From: Gemmatimonadota bacterium
Lineage (GTDB): Bacteria > Gemmatimonadota > Gemmatimonadetes > Gemmatimonadales > GWC2-71-9
Assembly (NCBI GenBank): GCA_039586365.1
Contig: JBDHKN010000095.1
Location: 1 to 17,489 of the forward strand
Reading direction: 5' to 3'
DNA: 17,489 nt
Below, one piece after another: positions 8,134 to 16,499 of this stretch (position 1 is the stretch's first letter; each line of letters starts with the position of its first letter). The notes beneath the pieces are model-generated. The model was not told the DNA's origin, made no database searches, and was given only the letters and a program-made list of their open reading frames with translations. A program made the position numbers and the translations under genes.

Positions 8134-9126
8134 GTGAGCCACACGCTTCGCTGGGGCATCCTCAGCACAGCCAATATCGGACGCGCAGCGGTCATCCCGG
8201 CAATCCACAAGTCCACCAGTGGAGCGGTGATCGCCGTAGCGAGCCGGGATGCCCGCCGCGCCCAGGAGTTTGCAGCGGCAAACGGTATCCCCCACGCCCA
8301 CGGAACCTATCAAGCGCTGCTGGAGGACGAGCGGATCGACGCAGTGTACATTCCGCTGCCCAACAGCCTACACCGCGACTGGACAATCCGGGCAGTCGAG
8401 GCTGGCAAGCACGTGCTGTGCGAGAAGCCGCTCGGCCTGAGCGCAGCAGAATGCGACGCAATGGCCACCGCGGCAGATGCGGCCGGCGTGGCGTGCATGG
8501 AAGCGTTCATGTACCGGTTCCACCCCCGCATCGATCGAGTGCTGGATCTCGTCGCCCAGGGAGCAATCGGCACACTTCGATCGGTCTACGCAGTGCTCAC
8601 CTTCAAGGTCACCAAGCCCGATAACATCCGTTTGAGTCCGGAATTGGGTGGCGGCGCGCTGATGGATGTGGGGTGCTATTGCATCAACGCCGGCCGCACG
8701 ATCATGCGGAGTGAGCCCGAGGAGGTCCACGCAGTCGCCCTGTGGACCGATCGGGGAGTGGACGAGCAGATGGTGGGCATGCTGCGCTTCGAGGGAGGTG
8801 CGGTCGTCCAGTTCGACTGTGCCCTCTCGCTGGAGCGGAGAGAGTGTTTCCACGTGGCGGGCACCGACGGTCATCTGGAGGTCACCAACGCGTACCTGCC
8901 CGGCACTGCAGACGTGACTATCGAGGAGTACCACGGGCCACGCGAAAAGACGTCTCACGCCGTGGCCGGAGTGGACGAGTACCAACTGATGGTGGAACAC
9001 TTTGCCGAGTGCGCGTTGTCTGGCGCACCCGTACGTTACCCTCTCAGCGAAGCCGCGGCCAACATGCGAGTGATTGAAGCGCTGTACCGATCGGCCCGAA
9101 ACGGAGGGAAGCCGGAATTGGTGTAG
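8134..9126 (+). CDS. Gfo/Idh/MocA family NAD(P)-dependent oxidoreductase
   Basis: LRWGILSTANIG Rossmann start, DAVYIPLPNSLH, AGKHVLCEKP and GGGALMDVGCY. Confidence 0.95.
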   Translation: MSHTLRWGILSTANIGRAAVIPAIHKSTSGAVIAVASRDARRAQEFAAANGIPHAHGTYQALLEDERIDAVYIPLPNSLHRDWTIRAVEAGKHVLCEKPLGLSAAECDAMATAADAAGVACMEAFMYRFHPRIDRVLDLVAQGAIGTLRSVYAVLTFKVTKPDNIRLSPELGGGALMDVGCYCINAGRTIMRSEPEEVHAVALWTDRGVDEQMVGMLRFEGGAVVQFDCALSLERRECFHVAGTDGHLEVTNAYLPGTADVTIEEYHGPREKTSHAVAGVDEYQLMVEHFAECALSGAPVRYPLSEAAANMRVIEALYRSARNGGKPELV

Positions 9127-9159
9127 TAGCGTCTTCCAGCCGATGCCGAATGACCCTGC

Positions 9160-9435
9160 TCACTGCAGCAACCCCTCACTGCGCAGCACACCACAGGTGG
9201 TCTCCTGCGTGAGACCCTGTATTGGGTGAACGCCGTCGACGGCAGCCGTGTCGGCTGCTGAAACCGCGCCGGAGTAGAGCTGGATGCATTCCAAGACGGC
9301 CATTGTGTCAGCCCGCCTGGGTCTCAGCGTGTACCACGTCCAGATCGCAACGAGCAAGGCAAGCGTCGCTGCAATCACGAGCCTGCGGCCGTTTCTGCCA
9401 ACCCAATCGCGAACTGCCGGTGGCCCTGGCTTCAT
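9160..9435 (-). CDS. Small membrane-anchored hypothetical protein with one Cys pair
   Basis: Single hydrophobic helix (LVIAATLALLVAIWTWY) followed by C..LY..A..AADTAAVD...CG.LR. Co-oriented with its neighbours and fills the gap. Confidence 0.65.
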   Translation of the reverse strand: MKPGPPAVRDWVGRNGRRLVIAATLALLVAIWTWYTLRPRRADTMAVLECIQLYSGAVSAADTAAVDGVHPIQGLTQETTCGVLRSEGLLQ

Positions 9436-9515
9436 GACTCAATTGGAGACAAGACAGCCAGTTGGCACGTGTCGATCACGTGGGCTAGCTCCCAACCATC
9501 GCCTGACATCATCAG

Positions 9516-10322
9516 TTAGTTCCAGGCACACCCCGTCCAGTACAGATCCAGTCCGGTGTCAGTGTGTGGCTGTTTGCGTTGACCATCTCTGGTATCGAGG
9601 ACGAGCAACGAATCCCTGGTGTTTGCGAGCAAAACCAGTCCATCCGGTGTGAAGCAGACGACTCGATCGTCAGCGGTATTCCCTGTGGTGGAAACCACGG
9701 AACCATATTGTGCCTTGCCCACAAGATCAAACAGCGCGTAGCGACCGGTGGCAGCTCTGCTGGATCGACGCGTTGTAGGCACGCCGGGCTCCCAGAGAAC
9801 GTTCGCCATAATCGGCTGGTTACCAAGGTCAGGCTCGATCAATTCCTGGAACAGTACCTTGGATTCACCGTACAGCGGATACGCGGCACTGAACACAAAA
9901 GGGGCGTTGATCGACAAGATCCTTGTCCTCATTTCTTGTCGCTCCACGCTCTGGACTCCGTCCAGCCTGAGACTCGACTCTGTTCCTGACTGCATGTCCG
10001 GAACCGCAACTGCCAAGACCTTCGTGGGGATGCTGTCGTCATTCGCCCCTTGGATGGGCTCAGTCTGAACTACGAGTAGGAGTCTGTCGGCCCCAGCTTC
10101 GTACCAGCCACGGCGGATCGAACAACCGTCCCGCACCTGCGACGGCAAAGTCGTATCGATCTCGGAAACGTGACCACCTGCTTGCAGCGACAGACCGCTG
10201 CCGTCAAGCCGCGTGACCGTTCCGAGACAGTCGAACAGATACACATCACTTGCGCGACGCTCGCATCCAGATCCATAGACGACCAGCAACGTAAGTAAAA
10301 TCAGTAGCCGTGTTGCTTTCAT
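9516..10322 (-). CDS. Hypothetical lipoprotein
   Basis: The internal ATG 10322 gives MKATRLLILLTLLVVYGSG-C, a lipoprotein-like signal. The body is beta-rich and no family was recognised. Confidence 0.6.
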   Translation of the reverse strand: MKATRLLILLTLLVVYGSGCERRASDVYLFDCLGTVTRLDGSGLSLQAGGHVSEIDTTLPSQVRDGCSIRRGWYEAGADRLLLVVQTEPIQGANDDSIPTKVLAVAVPDMQSGTESSLRLDGVQSVERQEMRTRILSINAPFVFSAAYPLYGESKVLFQELIEPDLGNQPIMANVLWEPGVPTTRRSSRAATGRYALFDLVGKAQYGSVVSTTGNTADDRVVCFTPDGLVLLANTRDSLLVLDTRDGQRKQPHTDTGLDLYWTGCAWN

Positions 10323-10338
10323 TCGTTTTCCCAGGCAG

Positions 10339-10484
10339 GGCGAACTGGACCGGCACGGGAGCCGCGGGCACCCAGCACCTATGCCGGTCATCGTTTCGGC
10401 AGAGTTCATGAAGGCCCTTGTTGCCCGGGGTGACCTCCCCCGTTTGCTAATAGCCCAGCTAGCTCGTCGCTGCCCTCATTCGCG
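10339..10484 (-). repeat. Degenerate attC-like spacer
   Basis: Ends GGCGAAC ... ATTCGCG (5/7 complementary). GCCCGGGGTGACC matches GCCCGCTGTGACC of the 12137 copy at 11/13. Confidence 0.4.
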
Positions 10485-10494
10485 CCGCGAGTAA

Positions 10495-10896
10495 CTAAGG
10501 TCCACTGACGGTGAATGTGGTTGTGGCTACCACGGTGCCATCGGCTGTCCGCACTTCGAACGTCCACTGCCCAGTCCACTCGGCCGGAATGTTCTTGGTG
10601 CTCCACACCCGCCAAGGCGATCCCCCAATGTTGATCGGAACAACGAGTTCATGCTCCTGATAGCGCCACACATGCTCAACCGTCGTGTTTGCCGCGCCAG
10701 TCACTTTCGTCCAGGCAAACAGCTGGCCCACGTCCGCGGGAAACGCCTCTGCGGCGCCAACCGGTTCGCGATCCTCCACGTTGAGGGCGATGACGACGTC
10801 GGCCGAGACTGCCACCTGTGTTTGCTGCTGCGCAGCAAGTCCCGCAGTAGCGAATCCAAGCAGCGCGATGGGTGGGATGAACATTCTCATTGGCAT
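10495..10896 (-). CDS. DUF2914 domain secreted protein
   Basis: GGGAGG RBS (10906-10901), signal peptide, and DREPVG / HVW / WR.WS.K.I..EWTGQW..EV motifs. Start is 10896 or 10890. Confidence 0.85.
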   Translation of the reverse strand: MPMRMFIPPIALLGFATAGLAAQQQTQVAVSADVVIALNVEDREPVGAAEAFPADVGQLFAWTKVTGAANTTVEHVWRYQEHELVVPINIGGSPWRVWSTKNIPAEWTGQWTFEVRTADGTVVATTTFTVSGP

Positions 10897-10929
10897 GATA
10901 CCTCCCAGAAAGGAGTGGTTGTGTTTCAG

Positions 10930-11071
10930 ATCGAACGCCGGCCGGCCTCGCAACCACGATGGCCACGGCGTGTACGCCACATGGCGCCACTACTCAGCTG
11001 TCTGCCTCTCGTCCCGGCGCTCGAGCTCCGAACGTTCACCTACCTACGGCTCGCAGCATCGTGTCCTAGAC
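10930..11071 (-). repeat. Degenerate attC-like spacer
   Basis: Minus-strand GTTCGAT R'-like end at 10936-10930. The other end is ambiguous (GGTGAAC at 11040 or GTCTAGG at 11071). Confidence 0.3.
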
Positions 11072-11585
11072 CGCCCACCTCGTCCAGTTGATCGACATAC
11101 GCACCCGCGACCAGTGCATCCTCGTGGATGCCGAGCACGCTCATCAATCGCCGCGCCTCTGCCACGCCGACATCGGTTGGCTCCTCCTCATCCAGCACAA
11201 CCTCCAGTTCTAGGAAGCTGCCCAGGTCCCTAACCTCATCCAGGTGAACGCGTGTGCGTCCTACCCAATACACCAAACGACGCTTGGTGACCCGGCCACC
11301 GACACCCAGAGCCGCGGCCAGCAAGTCACGTAGTGCCTGCGGATCTGCGACGGCCGCGCGGTGGTACTGTGATTCTGTCGGTTCGGTGGTGTCTGGACGC
11401 CGGTAGTAGATCAGCTCGGCTGGCTCGTCAGCGAATTCGCGGAGCTTGAGACGGCCGACTCGGACCTGGAAGAACGTATCAGTCTGCATCAGGGTCTCCG
11501 GCCCACAACCGGCAACTTCAGCAACCAGCCGACGCATCCTCTCCAAGTCCTTGATGTGAGCCTTTATCTCTACGTTGCGCGCCAT
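11040..11585 (-). CDS. CYTH domain protein (class IV adenylate cyclase / CyaB-like triphosphate tunnel enzyme)
   Basis: MARNVEIKA (ExK), QTDTFF, GRLKLR, LIYYRR, V.KRR, RVHLDEV..LG.FLELE and AY. Start moved to ATG 11585. Cyclase activity cannot be inferred from sequence alone. Confidence 0.9.
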   Translation of the reverse strand: MARNVEIKAHIKDLERMRRLVAEVAGCGPETLMQTDTFFQVRVGRLKLREFADEPAELIYYRRPDTTEPTESQYHRAAVADPQALRDLLAAALGVGGRVTKRRLVYWVGRTRVHLDEVRDLGSFLELEVVLDEEEPTDVGVAEARRLMSVLGIHEDALVAGAYVDQLDEVGGLGHDAASRR

Positions 11586-11687
11586 GCTTATGAACCCGTG
11601 GACTAGGCTCACTGCAAGACCCGCCTGCCCGACCCTGCAGCTTGCCATATTGCTTTGCCGGTTGACCCATGGACGTGGCCCACAGAC

Positions 11688-12110
11688 TCACGAATCCGGA
11701 AAACAGAACTCCTGCACTGGACCCAGCAGCCGGCCACACGACCCGTCCGCTGGAAGCTGCACGGCATCACATACACCTGCTCGCCACCGCACCGTCCCAA
11801 GGATCTCCCGTCGCCTCGGCACTCCCGCGCAGAAACCCGGTGTCGCTTGGCTCGACGCAAGACAGCCCGTGAGGAAAACCTGAACCGATAGTTCGCAGCT
11901 GAACCCCTCACAGTCAGCAACCCGTTCCAAGGCAACGGCGACGCAGCCAGCTTTGTCACCGGTCTCGCCGAATGCCCTACCCTCCTCCATCGCCTGTTGC
12001 CCGGCCTCGACGAGTTCCTCTCCGTTGACACGCCACCAGATGTAACCCACCCCACCCGCACCGAGCAGCAACGCAAAGACAACACCACTGATTATCAAGA
12101 TAATTCGCAT
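11688..12110 (-). CDS. Hypothetical membrane-anchored Cys-rich protein
   Basis: N-terminal TM helix (MRIILIISGVVFALLLGAGGVGYIWW) followed by a helical domain with eight Cys. Confidence 0.7.
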   Translation of the reverse strand: MRIILIISGVVFALLLGAGGVGYIWWRVNGEELVEAGQQAMEEGRAFGETGDKAGCVAVALERVADCEGFSCELSVQVFLTGCLASSQATPGFCAGVPRRREILGTVRWRAGVCDAVQLPADGSCGRLLGPVQEFCFPDS

Positions 12111-12136
12111 AACAGCCACCGGATGTCGTGTGATCC

Positions 12137-12284
12137 GCCGAACCCTTAGCCTAAGTACGTCTCACCGGCACAGCCAATGACCTGCAGGCGACTCGTCACC
12201 AGCAGTAACGACTTACCGAATCGGCCCGCTGTGACCCTGCGCACAAATCAGCCTTTCGCCGCGCGACTTCAGCGCTAGTCCGAT
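12137..12284 (-). repeat. attC-like site (best preserved copy)
   Basis: Plus strand GCCGAAC..TAAGT (12152-56) ... ACTT(C)A (12266-71)..GTCCGAT, i.e. R- and L-box-like inverted repeats with one extra base in L. 148 bp. The interior is homologous to the copies at 14250 and 15650. Confidence 0.6.
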
Positions 12285-12298
12285 TGTGAGCCTGCGGT

Positions 12299-12772
12299 CT
12301 ATGGCATCAGTCTCTTTTCCATACGAACACAAGGCAGCTCGCATTCGTTGGGCAGCATATTCGTCGCCGGCCCACACGAAACAAACCCGCGACGCTCGTA
12401 GAACGAGACCGAGTTTAGCGTCGCGTGAAGCCACAACTCAGTAACCCCTGCTGACCCAGCTTCCGCCTCTAGTTCGCGCAGAAGCTCGCTGCCGACTCCA
12501 ACTCCAGCGTAACCCGGCTGAACATACAAGGCTAGAACGAGCCCTTGATCCCAGTCTGCCATCGCAAAGCCGACGATCCTACCGTTGTGCTCCGCCACCA
12601 ACGTCGACATGGATCGGATGGTCCGTTCGTACTCCTCTGGATGCCTCGGATCGGCCCAGGCGGCGATCTGTTCCGCTGTGTAGTGGCCGCTGCAGAGCTC
12701 CACAATCGATGCTTTGTGGACCTCGCACATCTCGGCTCCGTCTCCAGACACCGCATTACGTACGCTAACCAC
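12299..12772 (-). CDS. GNAT family N-acetyltransferase
   Basis: LVAEHNGRIVGF, LYVQPGYAGVGVGSELL (motif A) and ATLNSVSFYERRGF (motif B). Start is uncertain (GTG 12772 or TTG 12796). Confidence 0.92.
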   Translation of the reverse strand: MVSVRNAVSGDGAEMCEVHKASIVELCSGHYTAEQIAAWADPRHPEEYERTIRSMSTLVAEHNGRIVGFAMADWDQGLVLALYVQPGYAGVGVGSELLRELEAEAGSAGVTELWLHATLNSVSFYERRGFVSCGPATNMLPNECELPCVRMEKRLMP

Positions 12773-12779
12773 CGCCGAC

Positions 12780-13682
12780 CTAACCCCCTCCCGCAAATAC
12801 GAACCGCAGGCCGTGCGATACGGCTAGGGGAAACACCGTTCGGTGTGTCTCGTCGGGAAACAGCCTCACTCTGTACTGCAGTCCCTCGTAGCTCCTGGCG
12901 GCGAGGACTTCTTGCATGCGCTGCAGGTCACGCAGAATGGCGCTCCCGTCTTGCTCCCCTGCAGCTAGGAAGATCCGAGCCGGCAACGTCTTGCTCCGGA
13001 TCCAACGATCTGACTCGTAGCGAAATACGACGCCGTCGTCCCACCACAACGATGGGCTCACGATCACGTAACGGTTGAACAAGTCCGATTCTGTAAAGAG
13101 AAGGTAGCTTGAGAACAGCCCACTGAACGAGAGCCCCATGATGGTCCTATCGTCCGGGTCCACTCGGTACGTCCTGTTGATGAACGGTACCAACTCCTGA
13201 CTGAGAAACTGTGCGAAGGATGCCGCATGGCCCGCATTGGGGAACTCATCCAGGTGGGCCGCAGTCGGCGTGAAATCCCGCTCCCGGCGCCGATAGTACT
13301 CATCGTAGGGAACTTCGTAGGCCACACCTACCAGTAGTACAGGTGGAATCAGGCTGTCCTTGACCATGCGGCGAATGGCGTACGCCACGGCGCCGAAACT
13401 GTACTCGGCATCCAGCAGATAGACCACCGGGAGGAAATCCATCATCTCAGCGTAGCCACGGGGGAAGTACACGTGGATCTTGAAGACATCAGCCACAAAG
13501 TCGGAAGCCAACTCGCGCCGTTCCGAGTCCTCGATTGCGACCTGCGGGAAAGCGGTGGGCGTGGCGTCGGTCTGAGTGGGTTCCCGCTGTTGGCTGATGT
13601 CGGACGGGACGCATGCCAGCGACAACAGAATGCCCCACTCAAACACTACAGTGGCAGCAGGCACTCCATTCGTTCGCGTCAT
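12780..13682 (-). CDS. Alpha/beta hydrolase, IroE/BesA-like esterase
   Basis: LPVVYLLDAE, RRERDFTP, F..FL.QELVPFI, nucleophile elbow GLSFSG, SPSLWW and FPDETH. Confidence 0.9.
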   Translation of the reverse strand: MTRTNGVPAATVVFEWGILLSLACVPSDISQQREPTQTDATPTAFPQVAIEDSERRELASDFVADVFKIHVYFPRGYAEMMDFLPVVYLLDAEYSFGAVAYAIRRMVKDSLIPPVLLVGVAYEVPYDEYYRRRERDFTPTAAHLDEFPNAGHAASFAQFLSQELVPFINRTYRVDPDDRTIMGLSFSGLFSSYLLFTESDLFNRYVIVSPSLWWDDGVVFRYESDRWIRSKTLPARIFLAAGEQDGSAILRDLQRMQEVLAARSYEGLQYRVRLFPDETHRTVFPLAVSHGLRFVFAGGG

Positions 13683-13698
13683 GAAGACCGATCGCTGC

Positions 13699-14235
13699 CT
13701 AGCGAATCCGCTTCAGCAACATCGTTCGGCACGCCACAAACTCCTCGCCTGGTTCCGCCAGGTCCAGCACCATCTCGTAGGTGTCGGGATCCTGGAACAC
13801 GAGTCGCATTCGGGCGCGCAGCCCCGCAGCGCTCTCTGCCTCACGATAGGCGAACTCGATCTCCCGCTGGCTCCCATCATGCAGTGTCACATCATAGGTG
13901 TTCACGTAGCCTTCCGAAAAGAACTGTCGAAAGGCAAAAGCGTCCCGATCCGTATCGCGACTCAGGTAGCCGACGTCCTCGTGAATCTCGTCCGAGCCAT
14001 CCGATCCTTGAGATACGGACCGCGTGCGGAGTCGCAGGAATTGGTCCGCCAACACGAACTGCCACGCATGTGAAACGGTGGAAGTGACGCCGAATCCCGA
14101 GCCCGGACCTTCCCATGTGCCAACAAGGGAACGCAGCAGCTCCCACCGATCAGTCTGGCCGTGCAACCGAGGCGAATTCACCAGGGTCGCTGCCGCCACA
14201 GAAAGGGCTGCGACAAGACACTGAACTGCTCTCAT
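13699..14235 (-). CDS. Secreted hypothetical beta-barrel protein (THAP4/DUF1579-like)
   Basis: Signal peptide from ATG 14235, then L..LVGTWEG.G, typical of calycin-like barrels. Family assignment is tentative. Confidence 0.65.
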   Translation of the reverse strand: MRAVQCLVAALSVAAATLVNSPRLHGQTDRWELLRSLVGTWEGPGSGFGVTSTVSHAWQFVLADQFLRLRTRSVSQGSDGSDEIHEDVGYLSRDTDRDAFAFRQFFSEGYVNTYDVTLHDGSQREIEFAYREAESAAGLRARMRLVFQDPDTYEMVLDLAEPGEEFVACRTMLLKRIR

Positions 14236-14249
14236 GCTACGCTCTCTTT

Positions 14250-14401
14250 CATGTTGCCCCCGCTGAGCTGCTGCGGGGAAACTGCTCTCGCAGCCTCCAG
14301 GCGGATACACTCCAATACTGGTAGGCTACGGGATCCACTCGATGTCACCCTGCTTGCATCTCACAAGTTGTCCCCGTACCTGTCGGCGTTAGCTGTTGGG
14401 A
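14250..14401 (-). repeat. Degenerate attC-like spacer
   Basis: 14294-14353 aligns without gaps to 12181-12240 (36/60). 14325-14348 matches 15726-15749 at 21/24. The R' GTT is not recognisable. Confidence 0.55.
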
Positions 14402-14430
14402 CACGCAGCAACCTGTGCCGCACGGTGCCG

Positions 14431-14937
14431 TCAAGGACGGGGCCGCGGTTGCGATGCGTGGCCCAACAAGAACTTCCAGCCATCCACTCGCTCGACTGCA
14501 ACCAGCGTGATATAGCCATCTGTCTCGAACCGCCCGCCCGAAGTGTCCGCGAAAACCTGGCTGTATGAAACCGTCACGGCGGCAACACCTCGTGCCAGGG
14601 GCACGATACGCGGTTCGCCCAGCTCCAACTTCACTTCGCTGACACTCGACTGCAGGGCGCCAAAGGCTTGCTGCACCGAGGCATACGAATCGTATGCTAC
14701 TCTTCCGTTCTCCACCCAGTGGAACTCTGGGTCGTCAGCATAGAACTGGGTGATTCTAGGTAACTCACCCGAGTTGACTGCCCGGACGTAGTCGGACAAC
14801 GCAGCGCGAACATTCTCTACGATCGTCACACGTTCAGATTCGCTCAACGACGGCATGCTGTCTCCCCCACACGCGGTGGTCGTTGCCACGATAGTGGCGA
14901 CGAGTGCAGCAGTGCGTTGGTTCATGGTAGATCGCAT
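14431..14937 (-). CDS. NTF2/SnoaL-like (DUF4440-type) lipoprotein
   Basis: Lipobox TTA-CGG, Y..AVN.G......FYADD and C-terminal DGWKFL.GHAS. Start is 14937 or 14925. Confidence 0.82.
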   Translation of the reverse strand: MRSTMNQRTAALVATIVATTTACGGDSMPSLSESERVTIVENVRAALSDYVRAVNSGELPRITQFYADDPEFHWVENGRVAYDSYASVQQAFGALQSSVSEVKLELGEPRIVPLARGVAAVTVSYSQVFADTSGGRFETDGYITLVAVERVDGWKFLLGHASQPRPRP

Positions 14938-14958
14938 TCCTACTGGGCCAGGGGCGGG

Positions 14959-15639
14959 TCACCCCGCCCGCCAATCCCGGTCTGATAGCCAGCGTGGCAC
15001 CTCGGCGGCGCTCTCGAGAATTACAGTGTGCGGCACGGCGCTGAGCTGCAGTCGGTCATGGGCGCCCGTAAGCACCCCAATGCTAGCGCCTACACCGGCC
15101 GCTGCCGCAGCTCGCAGATCGTTGGCCGTGTCTCCCACCACCACCACTGTGTCACCGCGCTTTACGTCCACCCGGTGCATCGCAGCAAAGATCAAGTCAG
15201 GTGCCGGCCTTCCTTGCACCACATCATCCGCCGTCACTATGAAGTCCACCACCCCCTCCCAATCGAGCTGTTCGAGCACCACATCCATAATCCTGGTGTC
15301 AAAGCCGGTTGTCAGCACGACCTTGATCCCGTTGGCCCGGAGCCGATCAAACGCAGCTGCGACACCAGGAACCGCCTCGACACCGCATGTCGTGAGCGCC
15401 TCGATGAGCATTCCCTGAAACACCCGATACACCTCGCCAGGGTCCGACAGCACATTGGCACTCCTCAGCAACTGAGCGATGACCTCCCGCTTAGAGGCTC
15501 CCCGCGACTCCTCTATCTTGCCCGGTAAAACCGCTATCCCGTACTGCTCGAGTGCTGCCCTGAATATCGTGGCCACGTCTGCAGTGTCCCGCACAGCGGT
15601 TCCGCCCACATCGAACACGGCCAACCTGGCTCGCGTCAT
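14959..15639 (-). CDS. HAD-superfamily phosphonatase-like hydrolase
   Basis: Motif I VFDVGGT, LTTGF, GRPAPDLI and VVGDT.ND. The DxxGT and GRP variants match the phosphonatase-like subgroup. Confidence 0.88.
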   Translation of the reverse strand: MTRARLAVFDVGGTAVRDTADVATIFRAALEQYGIAVLPGKIEESRGASKREVIAQLLRSANVLSDPGEVYRVFQGMLIEALTTCGVEAVPGVAAAFDRLRANGIKVVLTTGFDTRIMDVVLEQLDWEGVVDFIVTADDVVQGRPAPDLIFAAMHRVDVKRGDTVVVVGDTANDLRAAAAAGVGASIGVLTGAHDRLQLSAVPHTVILESAAEVPRWLSDRDWRAG

Positions 15640-15649
15640 GCCGAGTCCG

Positions 15650-15814
15650 GCCTGACATCAGGACCTGGCCACGATCCAACCGAACTGCGCCCAACATGCA
15701 GCCGACTCGTCGCCGGCTCCAAGGAGCTACGGGAACGATTCGATGTCACTGGCACCAAACCATCCATTCCTCTCGCACCTTCGGGTTCATGTGCAGGTTC
15801 TCCACTTCTTCGGC
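15650..15814 (-). repeat. Degenerate attC-like spacer
   Basis: Ends GCCTGAC ... CTTCGGC flanked by CCGGCC/GGCCGG. 15697-15749 aligns without gaps to 12183-12235 (36/53). Confidence 0.55.
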
Positions 15815-15836
15815 CGGAAGCCCACCTGCATACCAC

Positions 15837-16310
15837 TCACTCAACCCTGGCCAGGTGCTGCTCGAAGTCCCGCACGAACCGGCGGCTCCCTTTGGCGACG
15901 ATCTCATGACCTTCCGCCTCCAAACGCGACTGCTGACCCAGCACTCCGCCAGGGTACTTCGGGTTCACTTCCCCACCGGCCTTGAGGGTGCGCCAATAGG
16001 GTGTTACTCGCTCTCTCCCGTCCGCTTCATCCTCGCCCGCTGCCCCAGCCGCTATCCGAGCCAGGATCCCGGTGGTTATCGGACATCCTATGGTCGCTCC
16101 GTGTCGTAGCGCCACGGCGTCGCGGATCTGGTTGATCGTGATGAGCTTGCCTTCGGGAACCTGCCGCATGATTGCGTCGACTTCATGAGGAGCGGGTATG
16201 ACGATAGTCCCTTTCCCCCACCTCTTGCTCATGCCCTCAGGGATCGGCTCCACACGCGGAAGATCCTTGCTGTCGGCCAGCTTTTCACGGAAGGTCTTCT
16301 TCTTGTACAT
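15837..16310 (-). CDS. MGMT/alkyltransferase-like DNA-binding protein lacking the PCHR active site
   Basis: VPEGKLIT, GCPITTG, TPYWRTLK.GG and LEAEG. GAGGGTGG purine tract upstream. Confidence 0.82.
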   Translation of the reverse strand: MYKKKTFREKLADSKDLPRVEPIPEGMSKRWGKGTIVIPAPHEVDAIMRQVPEGKLITINQIRDAVALRHGATIGCPITTGILARIAAGAAGEDEADGRERVTPYWRTLKAGGEVNPKYPGGVLGQQSRLEAEGHEIVAKGSRRFVRDFEQHLARVE

Positions 16311-16370
16311 TGTCCCACCCTCTACGCTTCAGTTCATGTTCGCAGCGCGTCAGGACACTGGCGGATCGGT

Positions 16371-16486
16371 GCACAACGCCGGCAGCTAGGCAGCAGCCGC
16401 TGCAATGTCACAGCCATCATCGTTCTCTTCTACTGCAGAGTCCCAAGAACAACAAGCGCCACCATCGCTTCATCTAACCACTAGAC
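16371..16486 (-). repeat. Degenerate attC-like spacer
   Basis: Plus strand GCACAAC..TAGGC (16387-91) ... GCTT(C)A (16467-72)..ACTAGAC. 116 bp, immediately after the stop at 16500. Confidence 0.45.
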
Positions 16487-16499
16487 GCGCCGAGTCCCC

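Noticed and set aside
9436..9521. attC site after the lipoprotein gene (AACTAAC containing the stop; GCCTGACATCA shared with 15650)
   Set aside because: No matching right arm, and an 11-bp match alone is not significant.
11040..11585. CYTH cyclase plus HD-GYP as a linked cyclic-nucleotide or antiphage system
   Set aside because: The genes are 11 kb apart in different blocks, most CYTH proteins are triphosphatases, and no effector gene is adjacent.
403..14371. 12-bp inverted match ACAACTTGTGAG (403-414) / CTCACAAGTTGT (14360-14371) as element ends
   Set aside because: Within chance expectation for this window size, with no transposase or target-site duplication.
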